Source: an uncultured euryarchaeote
GTDB taxonomy: Archaea > Thermoplasmatota > Poseidoniia > Poseidoniales > Poseidoniaceae
DNA: 64,000 nt
Assembly: GCA_937899865.1 (NCBI GenBank)
Contig: CALBRH010000051.1
Coordinates: forward strand, 96,001-160,000
Direction of reading: 5' to 3'
A model generated the notes under the pieces. It was not told the origin of the DNA, searched no databases, and saw only the letters and a program-made list of their open reading frames with translations. This document shows, one piece after another, positions 49,184 through 59,000 of this stretch. Made by a program: the position numbers and the translations under genes. Within the stretch, counting starts at the first letter, position 1. Every line of letters starts with the position of its first letter.

Positions 49184-50371
49184 ATGGGATGGTTGGCATT
49201 AGATGATACTGATCATTTAGGGGGCGGTTGTACAACATATACTCTATTTGAACTGATTCAAAACCTCCCTGATGAATATACGGCAAGTGAATTTAGATTG
49301 GTTAGGTTATACCCTTTTGCTCGACAAAGAACACGTGGTAATGCTGCTGTTGCCGTTAAGATTGATGGTGACAATTATGAAGTCTTACTGTCTTTTCTTG
49401 ATTTGTGGTGGAATGAAAACATATTACCACTAAAGGGCATGTTAACTCAATCTGATGATTATCACAGAAAGCAAAGCCCTACTGACCCAGGAATGGTGTG
49501 GTTTGAAGAACAGCCAAATGAAAGCACATATTGGGACTGTGTTACTAGAGAAGTAACTCTTGTGGAACTACCTGCTGCCACCAAATCATGGGGCGGCCAT
49601 GGGAAGATAGGTGCAACTGCTGCAATCGCTTGGCCATCACGTGAGTATACTTTTGAGGCTATTAGTTGGCGAACAAAAAAATCTGTTGAAAAAAGTAGTG
49701 ATAGGAAAGTTGACCTTGTCAGATTAGCTGAGATCGATGAAGATCCCAATACCTTCATGTCAAGAGATTTGAGATCTAATTCTGTATTGATCTCACCAAG
49801 AGGAAACTGCCCAGTATTATTTGGTCTGAGAGCCAAAACCTTTGAATCTGCAAAAAATGGTTGCGAGTTTCTTATCGAATCAAATAATACAGAGTCTGTT
49901 GAAGGATATGTTGTATTTCAAACCAATCAAGCAACTGATGATCACTTAGGAGATGAAATGTCCTCAGTAGTAGACTCTATAGAAATTAAAAAACGTGGAA
50001 CTGTAAAAATTCTATGTGATAATGGTGATGAATTGATGGCATTCGCAGAATCAGGAGATGTGAAAATACTCGCACAATGGCTGAAATCTGGAGATGAGGT
50101 ACAATACAACGGTATGAAAAATGAAGATAACACAATTCATTTAGAACGTCTACAGGTTTTATCTGCAGCTCCAGAGAAGCACAGGCCAAAGTGTTCAGAA
50201 TGTGATTCAACTTTGAAATCAATGGGCAAAGACCAATTATTGAGGTGCCCTAAATGTCGAAAAAGATTTGCTGACCAGTGGATAAATGTTGAGCGAATCC
50301 CACCATTTTCTAAATGGGTTCAACCACCTAAAGATTCAATGAGACATCTTTCAAAACCTATTACTTGGTAA
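49184..50371 (+). CDS. tiaS: tRNA(Ile2) agmatidine synthetase
   Basis: ALDDTD...GGCTTY, LVRL.PF...RTRGNA, SPRGNCPVLFGLR, FQTNQATDDHL, OB region, C-terminal CSEC/CPKC Zn ribbon. ATG 49184 preferred over 49148. Confidence 0.9.
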   Translation: MGWLALDDTDHLGGGCTTYTLFELIQNLPDEYTASEFRLVRLYPFARQRTRGNAAVAVKIDGDNYEVLLSFLDLWWNENILPLKGMLTQSDDYHRKQSPTDPGMVWFEEQPNESTYWDCVTREVTLVELPAATKSWGGHGKIGATAAIAWPSREYTFEAISWRTKKSVEKSSDRKVDLVRLAEIDEDPNTFMSRDLRSNSVLISPRGNCPVLFGLRAKTFESAKNGCEFLIESNNTESVEGYVVFQTNQATDDHLGDEMSSVVDSIEIKKRGTVKILCDNGDELMAFAESGDVKILAQWLKSGDEVQYNGMKNEDNTIHLERLQVLSAAPEKHRPKCSECDSTLKSMGKDQLLRCPKCRKRFADQWINVERIPPFSKWVQPPKDSMRHLSKPITW

Positions 50372-50425
50372 TGAGCTGTTGATTATCATGGATAATTAGA
50401 AAAGTATCAAGCATTAGGCTTTAAC

Positions 50426-50671
50426 ATGGTTGATGATTCAACTACGAAGACTATTGCATACGCTATTTTTGCAATTTCTTTCTTAATCATGATTTATTTT
50501 ATCATGCAACAAGCTCGGAAAAATAGATTGTCAACAATCGATCAACATGCTCCAAAAGTTGCCGGTCATGATGTATTAGCAGGTGGCGCAAAAAACCCTC
50601 AGCAATTTGATGAACCAGATGATGATGCATTAGAAGAAATGGCTGAATTACTTGGAGAAGAGGACGATTAA
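50426..50671 (+). CDS. Small single-TM protein with acidic tail
   Basis: 81 aa; N-terminal TM; FDEPDDDALEEMAELLGEEDD. Confidence 0.6.
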   Translation: MVDDSTTKTIAYAIFAISFLIMIYFIMQQARKNRLSTIDQHAPKVAGHDVLAGGAKNPQQFDEPDDDALEEMAELLGEEDD

Positions 50672-51261
50672 GTTACACACTCTAATCCACTATCTACTAT
50701 TTTCAAAGTTGTAGAATTACTACCGATATTGAGGATTCTGTGATGGCCATTTGAGCTGCGGCAAAAAGTCCAAATTTCATAGCCTTCTTTGACAAAATGG
50801 TTTTCAGCACGTGCAAAAATCTCTCCAACTCGTTTACCACTTGCATCTACAGTTCCTTTGCTAATTAATAATAATCTGATTTCAGAACTGATTGAATGAC
50901 TAAGACGGGATATTAAATCAAGTTGGAATTTTGGTATTTTTCCGCTTGAATCACACCAATCATCCATTACAATCAATCTTACTGAAGGTAAGTTGTTGGC
51001 TGCAGAAATAATTGTTTCAATAGATTTATCCAAAGCACCGGTTATCATCATAGCGTGAAATCTGGAAGATGCTACAGGGGATATATGACTGAACAACTGT
51101 GGAAATCGTTCAGAATTAGGCATCTCCAAACCTATCCACAAAACTCTACCTCCATTATCAATTACATCTGCAGACATATGTAATCCAATAGTGGTACCAC
51201 CGACACTACCTTCTATTGCTAAATGAATCCGATTCGAAGGTGTTTCAGGATGCCATCGCAT
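50668..51261 (-). CDS. Degenerate RecA/RadB-like P-loop protein
   Basis: EGSVGGTT in Walker A position without Lys, GGRVLWIG, PNSERFPQL, LIVMDD (Walker B-like). Confidence 0.5.
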   Translation of the reverse strand: MRWHPETPSNRIHLAIEGSVGGTTIGLHMSADVIDNGGRVLWIGLEMPNSERFPQLFSHISPVASSRFHAMMITGALDKSIETIISAANNLPSVRLIVMDDWCDSSGKIPKFQLDLISRLSHSISSEIRLLLISKGTVDASGKRVGEIFARAENHFVKEGYEIWTFCRSSNGHHRILNIGSNSTTLKIVDSGLECVT

Positions 51262-51344
51262 AAACTTACTGAGTAGTCGATAGTGAATGACTATTTTGGT
51301 AATTCATAGTAACATTATTTGACCTATGAATATGACCACCATAC

Positions 51345-51587
51345 ATGGCTGAGGCTAAGAAAGGCAGTAAGAAGGATGTCGAATTCACTGTAAAAAAGGG
51401 TGAGAGAATACCTCGTAAACCATTAGGAGAGTATTCTGAAGCCAATAGTCTTGGAGAAGCTATTTCTAGAGATGGTTTCTTTGGCACCGCCATGGATGAC
51501 AAAAATCAATATGGCCCAGTTTCAATGATGATTCTTTTATTGATTGTGGCCACAGTAACTGGAACTTTACTCAAAATTCTAAGTTAA
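51345..51587 (+). CDS. Small protein with a single C-terminal TM (tail-anchored topology)
   Basis: 80 aa; hydrophilic N-terminus, terminal MMILLLIVATVTGTLLKILS. Confidence 0.6.
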   Translation: MAEAKKGSKKDVEFTVKKGERIPRKPLGEYSEANSLGEAISRDGFFGTAMDDKNQYGPVSMMILLLIVATVTGTLLKILS

Positions 51588-52021
51588 GTTTGCTCAATTT
51601 CCGATTCTATTGGAGCCATTGCAATCCTAATGAACAATACGGCTAGTATTGTGGATACAAGGAAAAATATCCCAACATAATTAGAAATGTTATACCACAT
51701 CATCCCCAAACCAACCAATGAAAGATAGGCTACTAATTGACAGACTGCAGATGCTCTGTTTAATCGATTTGTTATTTCATCACTTAATTTGCCATTGTTT
51801 TCTAGCATGTAAGTGTAAATCAAGAAGTAGATTCCTTGAAATGGCAGAGTTGCTGCTATAATTGAAAGAGCTATTTCCCTAATTTGTTTAGGATCTGATT
51901 CCTGTTCTATTCCCTGAAACAGCATCACTGCGGTATTTGTACCTAACAAAGCAGCCATTATTGTCCATCGCTTATCCTGTGATGAGGTTCTACTTTCAAC
52001 ATTCACAGATTTATCGGACAT
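51584..52021 (-). CDS. Hypothetical 4-TM membrane protein
   Basis: 145-aa ORF with four hydrophobic segments. Confidence 0.65.
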   Translation of the reverse strand: MSDKSVNVESRTSSQDKRWTIMAALLGTNTAVMLFQGIEQESDPKQIREIALSIIAATLPFQGIYFLIYTYMLENNGKLSDEITNRLNRASAVCQLVAYLSLVGLGMMWYNISNYVGIFFLVSTILAVLFIRIAMAPIESEIEQT

Positions 52022-52162
52022 AAGACAATTATCACGAAATAGGGTTTCAAATTTTTGTAGTTAGCATGAAAAATATTTGATTTTCAGAGGACTTATTTTG
52101 TTGCGGAATATGATTGATTAACTAATCGAAATGTTATAGGAGGTTGTCCATAACCATTGTAC

Positions 52163-53512
52163 ATGGCCTTTTGCCCGCTAGATTACCGATATGGCTGTGA
52201 AGACTTCAAACATATATGGTCAGAACTTGGAAGACACGAAAGACAACTAGAGGTTGAAAGGGCATTAATTTGGGCTCATATGCAATTAGGTAAAGTCTCA
52301 AAAGAAGATTATGAAGCCGTTGCAGCAATAGCAAATTCAACATCAGTAACCAAAGAAAGAGTTTCTGAAATTGAGGCTGAAACCAAGCATGATATTATGG
52401 CTCTAACCAAAGCTATGGCCGAAGCAGCAGGAGATGCGGGTTGGTGTATTCACTTAGGTGCAACCTCAAATGACATTGTTGATACTGCTGTTGCTCTACA
52501 ACTACGAGATAGTATTGTTCTACTTAGGGAACAGTTGTGCTTATTGATCGGCGTTTGTGCTGATGTTGCAGAACGGGAAAGAGATACAGTAATGCTTGGC
52601 AGAACTCATGGACAAGCAGCTGTTCCGATTACTTTTGGACTTAAAGCTGCGGTTTGGTTAGATGAATTACGTCGTCAACTAATTAGATTGGATGAAGCAT
52701 CACCGAGAATTTCAGTAGGAAAATTTCTCGGTGCAGTCGGAACAGGTGCTGCTCAAGGAGTAAATGCAAGAGAATTACAACGCCTGATTATGACTCACTT
52801 AGGACTTGGAGTACCACTTGCAACTACTCAAGTTGTTGGTCGAGATAGATACATAGAATATGTATCTTGGTTGGCAAATGTAGCAGCATCATGTGAAAAA
52901 ATCTTGCAAGAGATTCGTAATCTTCAACGTTCAGAAATCCAAGAGGCTGGGGAAGGTTTTGATATCAAAAAGCAAGTAGGTTCATCTACAATGGCGCACA
53001 AAAAGAATCCAATCAAATCTGAAAATGCTTCGGGTTTAGCAAGAATTGTGAGATCGATGATTATTCCAACCTATGAAAATGCGTTATTATGGCATGAAAG
53101 AGACTTAGCAAATTCTAGTAGTGAGAGATTCACTCTTTCTCATGGTTCGGCATTGTGCGAAGATGTTATCGTAAAAACTCGGCAAGTACTAAGCAACATG
53201 TGGGTTGATAGCGAAAGATGTCTTGAAAACATTAAATCACAACGAGGACTTGTAATGGCTGAAAAGGTAATGATAGAACTAGTTGAACACGGCATAGCAA
53301 GAGATGAAGCCCATGAAATTCTTCGCTCAGCTTCCTTTGAGGCGGTTGACAAGAAGATTGAGTTAATCGATGTTTGTAGTAGAACACCAGAAATCGCTGC
53401 AGCCTTTTCTGCAGAAGAACTCGAAGCGATGTTTGATCCAATGAATCATATTGGCGTTTCTGGAGAAATCGTTGATGAAGCGGTTGAATTAGCCCGCTCA
53501 GCTATCAAGTGA
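52163..53512 (+). CDS. purB: Adenylosuccinate lyase
   Basis: PLDYRYG, TKHD, IHLGATSND, GRTHGQ, GAVGTG, fumarate-lyase signature GSSTMAHKKNPIKSEN, HERDL.NSS.ER. Confidence 0.95.
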   Translation: MAFCPLDYRYGCEDFKHIWSELGRHERQLEVERALIWAHMQLGKVSKEDYEAVAAIANSTSVTKERVSEIEAETKHDIMALTKAMAEAAGDAGWCIHLGATSNDIVDTAVALQLRDSIVLLREQLCLLIGVCADVAERERDTVMLGRTHGQAAVPITFGLKAAVWLDELRRQLIRLDEASPRISVGKFLGAVGTGAAQGVNARELQRLIMTHLGLGVPLATTQVVGRDRYIEYVSWLANVAASCEKILQEIRNLQRSEIQEAGEGFDIKKQVGSSTMAHKKNPIKSENASGLARIVRSMIIPTYENALLWHERDLANSSSERFTLSHGSALCEDVIVKTRQVLSNMWVDSERCLENIKSQRGLVMAEKVMIELVEHGIARDEAHEILRSASFEAVDKKIELIDVCSRTPEIAAAFSAEELEAMFDPMNHIGVSGEIVDEAVELARSAIK

Positions 53513-54169
53513 TGTTGAAATTTTACTAATTTCCAGTTCGCCCCTTCTACCGTACCATTTGGGACTTCCTGTGATGTTGATTGAGCCATTAAAATGTGGA
53601 CCTGATACGACTAGAGTTTCATATTCACCACCTTCTCCATCAACGTTAAACCGATAATTGTTTGATAATTCAATTAGAGATGTTAATGATTGTGAATCTA
53701 ATATCTTGCCAAGCCAACTCTCATCAAGGCCATCACATGCAACACTAGTAATCATTACTCCAAATCCATTTTCAACCAAACCAGAAATGTGACTTAGAGC
53801 TGATTGATGCCACAATGGAGTGTAACTAATTATGCCAAGCCTTTCACACATCCTCTCGATTCTACTTTTTTGATAATCAGAACGTAGTGCACCACATACT
53901 AGTGCATCGATATTTAACTCTGACAGAGCATTTTCCAAATCAAGGATTTCAACTTCTTCATGACCCTGTGTTTTTACTGAAAGGCAAGGAATATCGGCTA
54001 ATTTGGCTTGATATTGAACTATCTCTGTACCTGGTACTTGAAACATCATTGAATCTCCACTAGTAACAATCATGGTAACTAATGCATCGATATCCCAACC
54101 TTTGCACATTGCCCACCACCATGCAGCGGCCGAATCTTTGCCTCCAGAAGACAATATAGCGACTCGCAT
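53498..54169 (-). CDS. Diphthine-ammonia ligase (Dph6)-like PP-loop ATPase
   Basis: SSGGKDS, SMMFQ, GALRSDYQKSRIERMC, PLW, DGEGGEYETLV. Confidence 0.88.
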   Translation of the reverse strand: MRVAILSSGGKDSAAAWWWAMCKGWDIDALVTMIVTSGDSMMFQVPGTEIVQYQAKLADIPCLSVKTQGHEEVEILDLENALSELNIDALVCGALRSDYQKSRIERMCERLGIISYTPLWHQSALSHISGLVENGFGVMITSVACDGLDESWLGKILDSQSLTSLIELSNNYRFNVDGEGGEYETLVVSGPHFNGSINITGSPKWYGRRGELEISKISTSLDS

Positions 54170-54310
54170 AATACAGTGGAGAAACTAATTGCTCAATAAT
54201 TTGATTATTTTTCGTAGGGATTATAATGGTCGCAATTTGTGGTTACTATACCGAAGATACCGGTTGAGTTTAACCCTTACACTCATAAGGTGTCGCCTTA
54301 AGGAATAAAC

Positions 54311-54316
54311 AGGTGA
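54311..54316 (+). promoter_or_regulatory. Shine-Dalgarno-like motif (AGGTGA) before psmA
   Basis: aggtgag-ATG; similar GGTGA/GGAGG motifs precede trkA, rrp41, rrp42, rps12 and the ORF ending at 5092. Confidence 0.6.
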
Positions 54317-54317
54317 G

Positions 54318-55043
54318 ATGATGCAACCAAGTGGAAGAGGATATGACCATGGAATTACGACCTTCAGCCCAGATGGAAGATTATTCCAAGTTGAATATGC
54401 TAGAGAATCAGTAAAGCGAGGCACAACTACTGCCGGTTTGAAATTTAAAGACGGTGTTGTTTTAGTCTGTGACAAGAGAATCATTAGCAGATTGATTATC
54501 CCTGAATCCATTGAAAAGATGTTTAAAATTGACAATCATGTTGGTGTAGCAACTTCTGGTTTAATGGCTGATGCTAGACAATTAGTCGCTCGTTCAAGAG
54601 TTGAGGCTCAAATCAATCGAATAACATACGGCGCTACTGTTCCTGTCGATGTATTGGTAAAGAAAATCTGTGATTTCAAACAATCTTTCACACAATATGG
54701 CGGATCAAGACCTTTTGGTACTGCATTGTTGATTGGTGGAGTTGATGACAACGGTATACACCTTTACGAGACTGACCCCAGTGGTGCGTACCAATCTTAC
54801 CATGCTGGAGCTATCGGCAGTGGAAGAAACACCGTAATCGAATATTTTGAGAAAAATTGGAAAGAAAATCTAACTCTTAACGCAGCTATGAAGCTGGGAT
54901 TAGAAGCTTTGAGAAATGCCAATGATGCTGAATTAAATCGAGATGCTGTAGAAGTTGCTGTAGTTGATTCAAGCGGCTACCGATTCCTTGACCGAGAGGA
55001 TGTCAACAAGCAAATTGATAGATTAAAACCACTTGAAGAGTGA
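54318..55043 (+). CDS. psmA: Proteasome alpha subunit
   Basis: GYDHGITTFSPDGRLFQVEYA, GLMADAR, RPFGTALL, TDPSG. Confidence 0.98.
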   Translation: MMQPSGRGYDHGITTFSPDGRLFQVEYARESVKRGTTTAGLKFKDGVVLVCDKRIISRLIIPESIEKMFKIDNHVGVATSGLMADARQLVARSRVEAQINRITYGATVPVDVLVKKICDFKQSFTQYGGSRPFGTALLIGGVDDNGIHLYETDPSGAYQSYHAGAIGSGRNTVIEYFEKNWKENLTLNAAMKLGLEALRNANDAELNRDAVEVAVVDSSGYRFLDREDVNKQIDRLKPLEE

Positions 55044-55073
55044 TTGCGTAAATAAAGATTCAAAGGTAAGAAT

Positions 55074-55760
55074 ATGGTTAGTTTAGATGATGCTGTCTTA
55101 GCAAGAATGGAAAAGGGCGGCAAAAGGTATGAAATCTTAGTTGACCCCGATTTAGTCGACGCTTTCAAAACCGACGCATCTTCTGTCAAAATTGATGAAT
55201 TCTTTGCTATGGATGAAGTATTTCATGATGCTAGAGGTGGAGAGAGACCTACTGAAGAAGCAATACAGAACACTTTTGGAACTCAGGACATCTTAGAAAT
55301 CGCCAAAATTATTTTTGAAAAGGGAAGTATTCAGTTAACGACCAATCAACGTAAAGCAATGGTAGAAAGAATGCGGCAAAAAATTGTTCATCACATTCAT
55401 AGCCAAGCCGTAGACCCTAAAACGAAGAGCCCCCATCCTAAAACTAGAATTGAATTAGCTTTAGAAGAGTCACGCTATTCTGTTGATCCATTCAAAAATC
55501 TAGAGCAGCAAATAAAAGAGGCAACTGATAAACTAAAACCACTTATCCCACTATCCTTTGAGACAATAAAATTAGCATTTAAAGTCCCTGGTTCTGATTG
55601 TGGTAGCGCAATGCGTATCTTACGCCCATTTCAAATCAAAGAGGGATGGCTTGAAGATGGTTCATGGGCAAGTGTAGTTGAGATTCCTGCTGGTATGAAG
55701 GGCGAATTAATAGGCCAAATAATGAAAATTTCATCCCAGACAGAAGTAAAAGAAATGTAA
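55074..55760 (+). CDS. Ribosome maturation factor SBDS/Sdo1
   Basis: GKRYEILVDP, IQLTTNQR, DPKTKSPHP.TRIELA, LKPLIPL, EIPAG. Confidence 0.95.
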   Translation: MVSLDDAVLARMEKGGKRYEILVDPDLVDAFKTDASSVKIDEFFAMDEVFHDARGGERPTEEAIQNTFGTQDILEIAKIIFEKGSIQLTTNQRKAMVERMRQKIVHHIHSQAVDPKTKSPHPKTRIELALEESRYSVDPFKNLEQQIKEATDKLKPLIPLSFETIKLAFKVPGSDCGSAMRILRPFQIKEGWLEDGSWASVVEIPAGMKGELIGQIMKISSQTEVKEM

Positions 55761-55829
55761 ATATTCAAACTCCTTTCAAAGGGTTGATTTTATCATGGGT
55801 TGGCCAGTCGCCGAATCGGAGAGAAAGAA

Positions 55830-56525
55830 ATGTCCCAAGGTCGAAGCGGCGCCGAGCAGCGCCTAGTGACCCCGGGAATGGCTATTGGGCCATTAACCGG
55901 GATGCGTGTCGGTAGTGGCGCAATAAGCCACAACGACGAAATTATTGCAACCAAACTCGGTTGGGTTAGAGAACTTAATGGAACTATATCAGTAGACCCA
56001 ATCAACAGCCCTTACTTACCTCGTTCAGGTGACTTAGTTATCGGAACTGTTGCTGAAGTAAGAAACAATCTGTGGTTCCTAAATATCAATGGTTCATTTC
56101 AGGGTTTACTACCAATGTCACTTGCACCATGGAAGGTGGAATTTGGCCAAGCTCGTCAACACATGGATGTAGGCGATTCTGCTCTAGCGAGAGTGCAAGA
56201 AGTTGATGAATGTCACAATGTTGTTCTAACTATGAAAGGAGTAGGTTTGCGTAGACTTTCTCAGGGTGCAGTTGTCGAAGTTCCTGTTAATCATCTTGAT
56301 AGAATTCGAGGTGAAAATAATGCTAATCTTGATCGAATGAAGAACATCAGTGATTGTCGAATAATTGTTGGTGAGAATGGTCGAGTTTGGATTGATGGAG
56401 ATGATGATAACATCTCATGGACTAGAGAAGCATTGGCAATTACCAAACAACATGGACATAAATCAAATTTTGATTCAATAATGAAAAAACATGAAAAAAC
56501 TTTTACTAAACAAGGTGATGCTTAA
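55830..56525 (+). CDS. rrp4: Exosome RNA-binding subunit Rrp4
   Basis: [16 protein letters not shown] (S1), VGENGRVWI (KH). ATG 55830 preferred over 55800. Confidence 0.95.
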   Translation: MSQGRSGAEQRLVTPGMAIGPLTGMRVGSGAISHNDEIIATKLGWVRELNGTISVDPINSPYLPRSGDLVIGTVAEVRNNLWFLNINGSFQGLLPMSLAPWKVEFGQARQHMDVGDSALARVQEVDECHNVVLTMKGVGLRRLSQGAVVEVPVNHLDRIRGENNANLDRMKNISDCRIIVGENGRVWIDGDDDNISWTREALAITKQHGHKSNFDSIMKKHEKTFTKQGDA

Positions 56526-57253
56526 TGGGCGGATATGGAGATATACAATTATTACGAGATGATGGATTAAGACTAGATGGAAGAAAATTGGATGAGTCAA
56601 GACCTGTTTCAATTCAAGCAGGAATTTTGCCAGCTGCTGATGGTTCAGCAATGGTAACTCACGGATTAAATGTTGCAGTTGCGGCAGTTTACGGACCAAT
56701 GGAAGCGCATCCAAGGAAAATACAAAGACAAGACAGAGCAGTTATTGATGTAAGATATAACATGGCTCCGTTTTCTACAAGTGACAGAATAAGACCGGGA
56801 TATAATCGCCGTTCAAGAGAAATTTCAAAAGTTACTGCGGAAGCATTAGAATCTGCAGTCTTAGTTGAGAGATTTCCTAGATCGAAAATTAGAGTTGAAA
56901 TAGAAATTTTAGCTGCTGAGGCAGGTACACGATGTGCTGGAATTACCGCAGCCTCAGTTGCTTTGGCTGATGCTGGAATTCCAATGAGAGACATGGTTGT
57001 TGGAGTTGCTTCTGGTAAAATAGAAGATACTGTAGTACTTGACTTAGACAAGGCAGAAGACAACTATGGTCAAGCAGATTTACCTGTAGGTATCCTACCA
57101 AATACTGGTGAAATAGCTTTCTTGCAAATGGATGGTGACCTTTCTCCTGAAGAATTCGATTTAGCCATGGAATATAATTTCAAAGCCGCCAAAGAAATTC
57201 ATGAAATTATGGTTGATGCTTTGAAAGCCAGGTATGAAGGAGGTGACAACTGA
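56525..57253 (+). CDS. rrp41: Exosome catalytic subunit Rrp41
   Basis: [61 protein letters not shown]. Confidence 0.97.
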   Translation: MGGYGDIQLLRDDGLRLDGRKLDESRPVSIQAGILPAADGSAMVTHGLNVAVAAVYGPMEAHPRKIQRQDRAVIDVRYNMAPFSTSDRIRPGYNRRSREISKVTAEALESAVLVERFPRSKIRVEIEILAAEAGTRCAGITAASVALADAGIPMRDMVVGVASGKIEDTVVLDLDKAEDNYGQADLPVGILPNTGEIAFLQMDGDLSPEEFDLAMEYNFKAAKEIHEIMVDALKARYEGGDN

Positions 57254-58038
57254 TGGTAGAGTTAGTACCTAACTTGCTACGTCAAGAAATGGCAAGACTT
57301 GCTGAACAAGATGCAAGAATTGATGGAAGAGGTAGATTTGAAGGCAGAGAAATAACTCTAGAAACTGATTGCTTGTACAATGCAGAAGGTTCTGCTAAAG
57401 TAACTATGGGCAAGACTGTAGTTTACGCTGGAGTGAAATTTGAAATTAGAACTCCATGGCCTGACAGACCTGCTGAAGGATCACTAATGTGTGGCGCTGA
57501 ACTACGTCCAGTAGCACATAGAAAGTATGAGCCTGGACCGCCATCACCAGAATCAATCGAACTTGGAAGAGTTGTTGACCGTGGAATTCGTGAATCAGGT
57601 TGCATCGACATGAATAGTTTGTGCATTATTCCGGGCGAGAAAGTTTGGGGAGTAATGATTGATATTCATGTTTTGTCTGATGGCGGAAATATTTTCGATG
57701 CTTGTGGACTTGCTGCGATTGCAGCTCTCAGAACTGCAGTAGTTCCAGCAGAACGATTTGATGTTGGTGAAGACTACACTCTTTCAGTTAATGGAACTCC
57801 TATTATGGCATCATTTACTAGAGTTGGTGGAAGATATGTTTACGACCCTTGTGAAGAGGAAGAATTGGGTGGAGATGAGCGAATTCATATCACAATTGGT
57901 GATGAAGGACATCTTCACTCACTACAAAAGGGGTTAAGAGGGGTATTCACGCCGCAAGAATTCGCAGAGATATTCGAGGTAGCCCAAGAAAAGTGTGTTG
58001 AACTAAGAAAAATCGTTGCAAAAAAGGAGGCGAACTGA
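57253..58038 (+). CDS. rrp42: Exosome subunit Rrp42
   Basis: RIDGRGRFE, AEGSA, PWPDRP, EPGPP, ELGRVVDRGIRES, DGGNIFDA. Confidence 0.97.
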   Translation: MVELVPNLLRQEMARLAEQDARIDGRGRFEGREITLETDCLYNAEGSAKVTMGKTVVYAGVKFEIRTPWPDRPAEGSLMCGAELRPVAHRKYEPGPPSPESIELGRVVDRGIRESGCIDMNSLCIIPGEKVWGVMIDIHVLSDGGNIFDACGLAAIAALRTAVVPAERFDVGEDYTLSVNGTPIMASFTRVGGRYVYDPCEEEELGGDERIHITIGDEGHLHSLQKGLRGVFTPQEFAEIFEVAQEKCVELRKIVAKKEAN

Positions 58039-58389
58039 TTGGCAAAGAGAACCCAAAAAGCAGGAGCAACCGCTAGATTCGGTGCAAGATATGGTGTTTC
58101 AGTAAGAAGAAACTCTGCATCTGCTATGGCAAAGAAAAGTAAGAAATATACTTGTCCGGTTTGCCAATATCAAAAAGTTTCTAGGAAGTCTGTAGGGATT
58201 TGGCACTGCAGCAAGTGTGACTACACTTTTGCAGGCGGAGCTTGGGAGCCTTTCACTAGAGCATCTGACGCTAATAGCAAAATTATGCGAAGATCTGTTG
58301 AAGGAGCAACAACTGCTGACATTGCATTTATCGCCCAACAAGCAGCCATAGACTACGAGAGAAGTTTGGCAGAGTCTGAAGAAGAGTGA
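58039..58389 (+). CDS. rpl37ae: 50S ribosomal protein L37Ae (eL43)
   Basis: RFGARYG, CPVC, GIWHCSKC, FAGGAW; TTG start. Confidence 0.95.
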   Translation: MAKRTQKAGATARFGARYGVSVRRNSASAMAKKSKKYTCPVCQYQKVSRKSVGIWHCSKCDYTFAGGAWEPFTRASDANSKIMRRSVEGATTADIAFIAQQAAIDYERSLAESEEE

Positions 58390-58407
58390 TTGTTCAGAGG
58401 GACCACA

Positions 58408-58653
58408 ATGTCCACTGAATGGAAATTAATACTCGAAGTTGAATCGAGTAGTAAGCAGAATACTGACTCACTTGCTGCAGCTTTAATTACCGATTGTGAT
58501 GTAAATCATAACGGAGATTCTTTCTCAATTGAGATTCTTGAAAGCAAGGCTAAGGATTTACGAGCCATGTGGAATACTAGAGTTCGTGGATTAATCGCTG
58601 TTGATTCTCTTGTCAACATGATTGATAATTTGATTCCAAGCGAGGATTCATGA
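58408..58653 (+). CDS. pcc1: KEOPS complex subunit Pcc1-like
   Basis: KDLRAMWNTRVRGL resembles the Pcc1 LRA..N..LR motif; expected position between L37ae and prefoldin beta. Confidence 0.65.
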   Translation: MSTEWKLILEVESSSKQNTDSLAAALITDCDVNHNGDSFSIEILESKAKDLRAMWNTRVRGLIAVDSLVNMIDNLIPSEDS

Positions 58654-58685
58654 ACCAGTAATGATTGAATTGAAATGGTGAGAGC

Positions 58686-59000
58686 ATGAGTGAAATGGAG
58701 CAATTTCAAATCGTTGTATCTGAGATACAATCAGTACGCCAACAAATGGCAAGTTTAAACGCTCAGATTATCGAACTAAAAGCAACTTCAGATGCAGTAT
58801 CAAACCAACCTGAGGACTTAGCACTTCACCAACAACTCGGTGGTGTTTTAATAGAAGTAGCAGATAGAAAATCGTTAGTAGAAGTTCTTGATAACGATGT
58901 CAAAACATTATCTGAACACCTTACACGATTACAATCTCGTGAAACAGACCTAATGAATTCATATGAAGAACTAAAAAAGGTTCTAGAGGGATCTAATTGA
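58686..59000 (+). CDS. pfdB: Prefoldin beta subunit
   Basis: Two coiled-coil arms flanking LHQQLGGVLIE; superoperon position. Confidence 0.85.
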   Translation: MSEMEQFQIVVSEIQSVRQQMASLNAQIIELKATSDAVSNQPEDLALHQQLGGVLIEVADRKSLVEVLDNDVKTLSEHLTRLQSRETDLMNSYEELKKVLEGSN

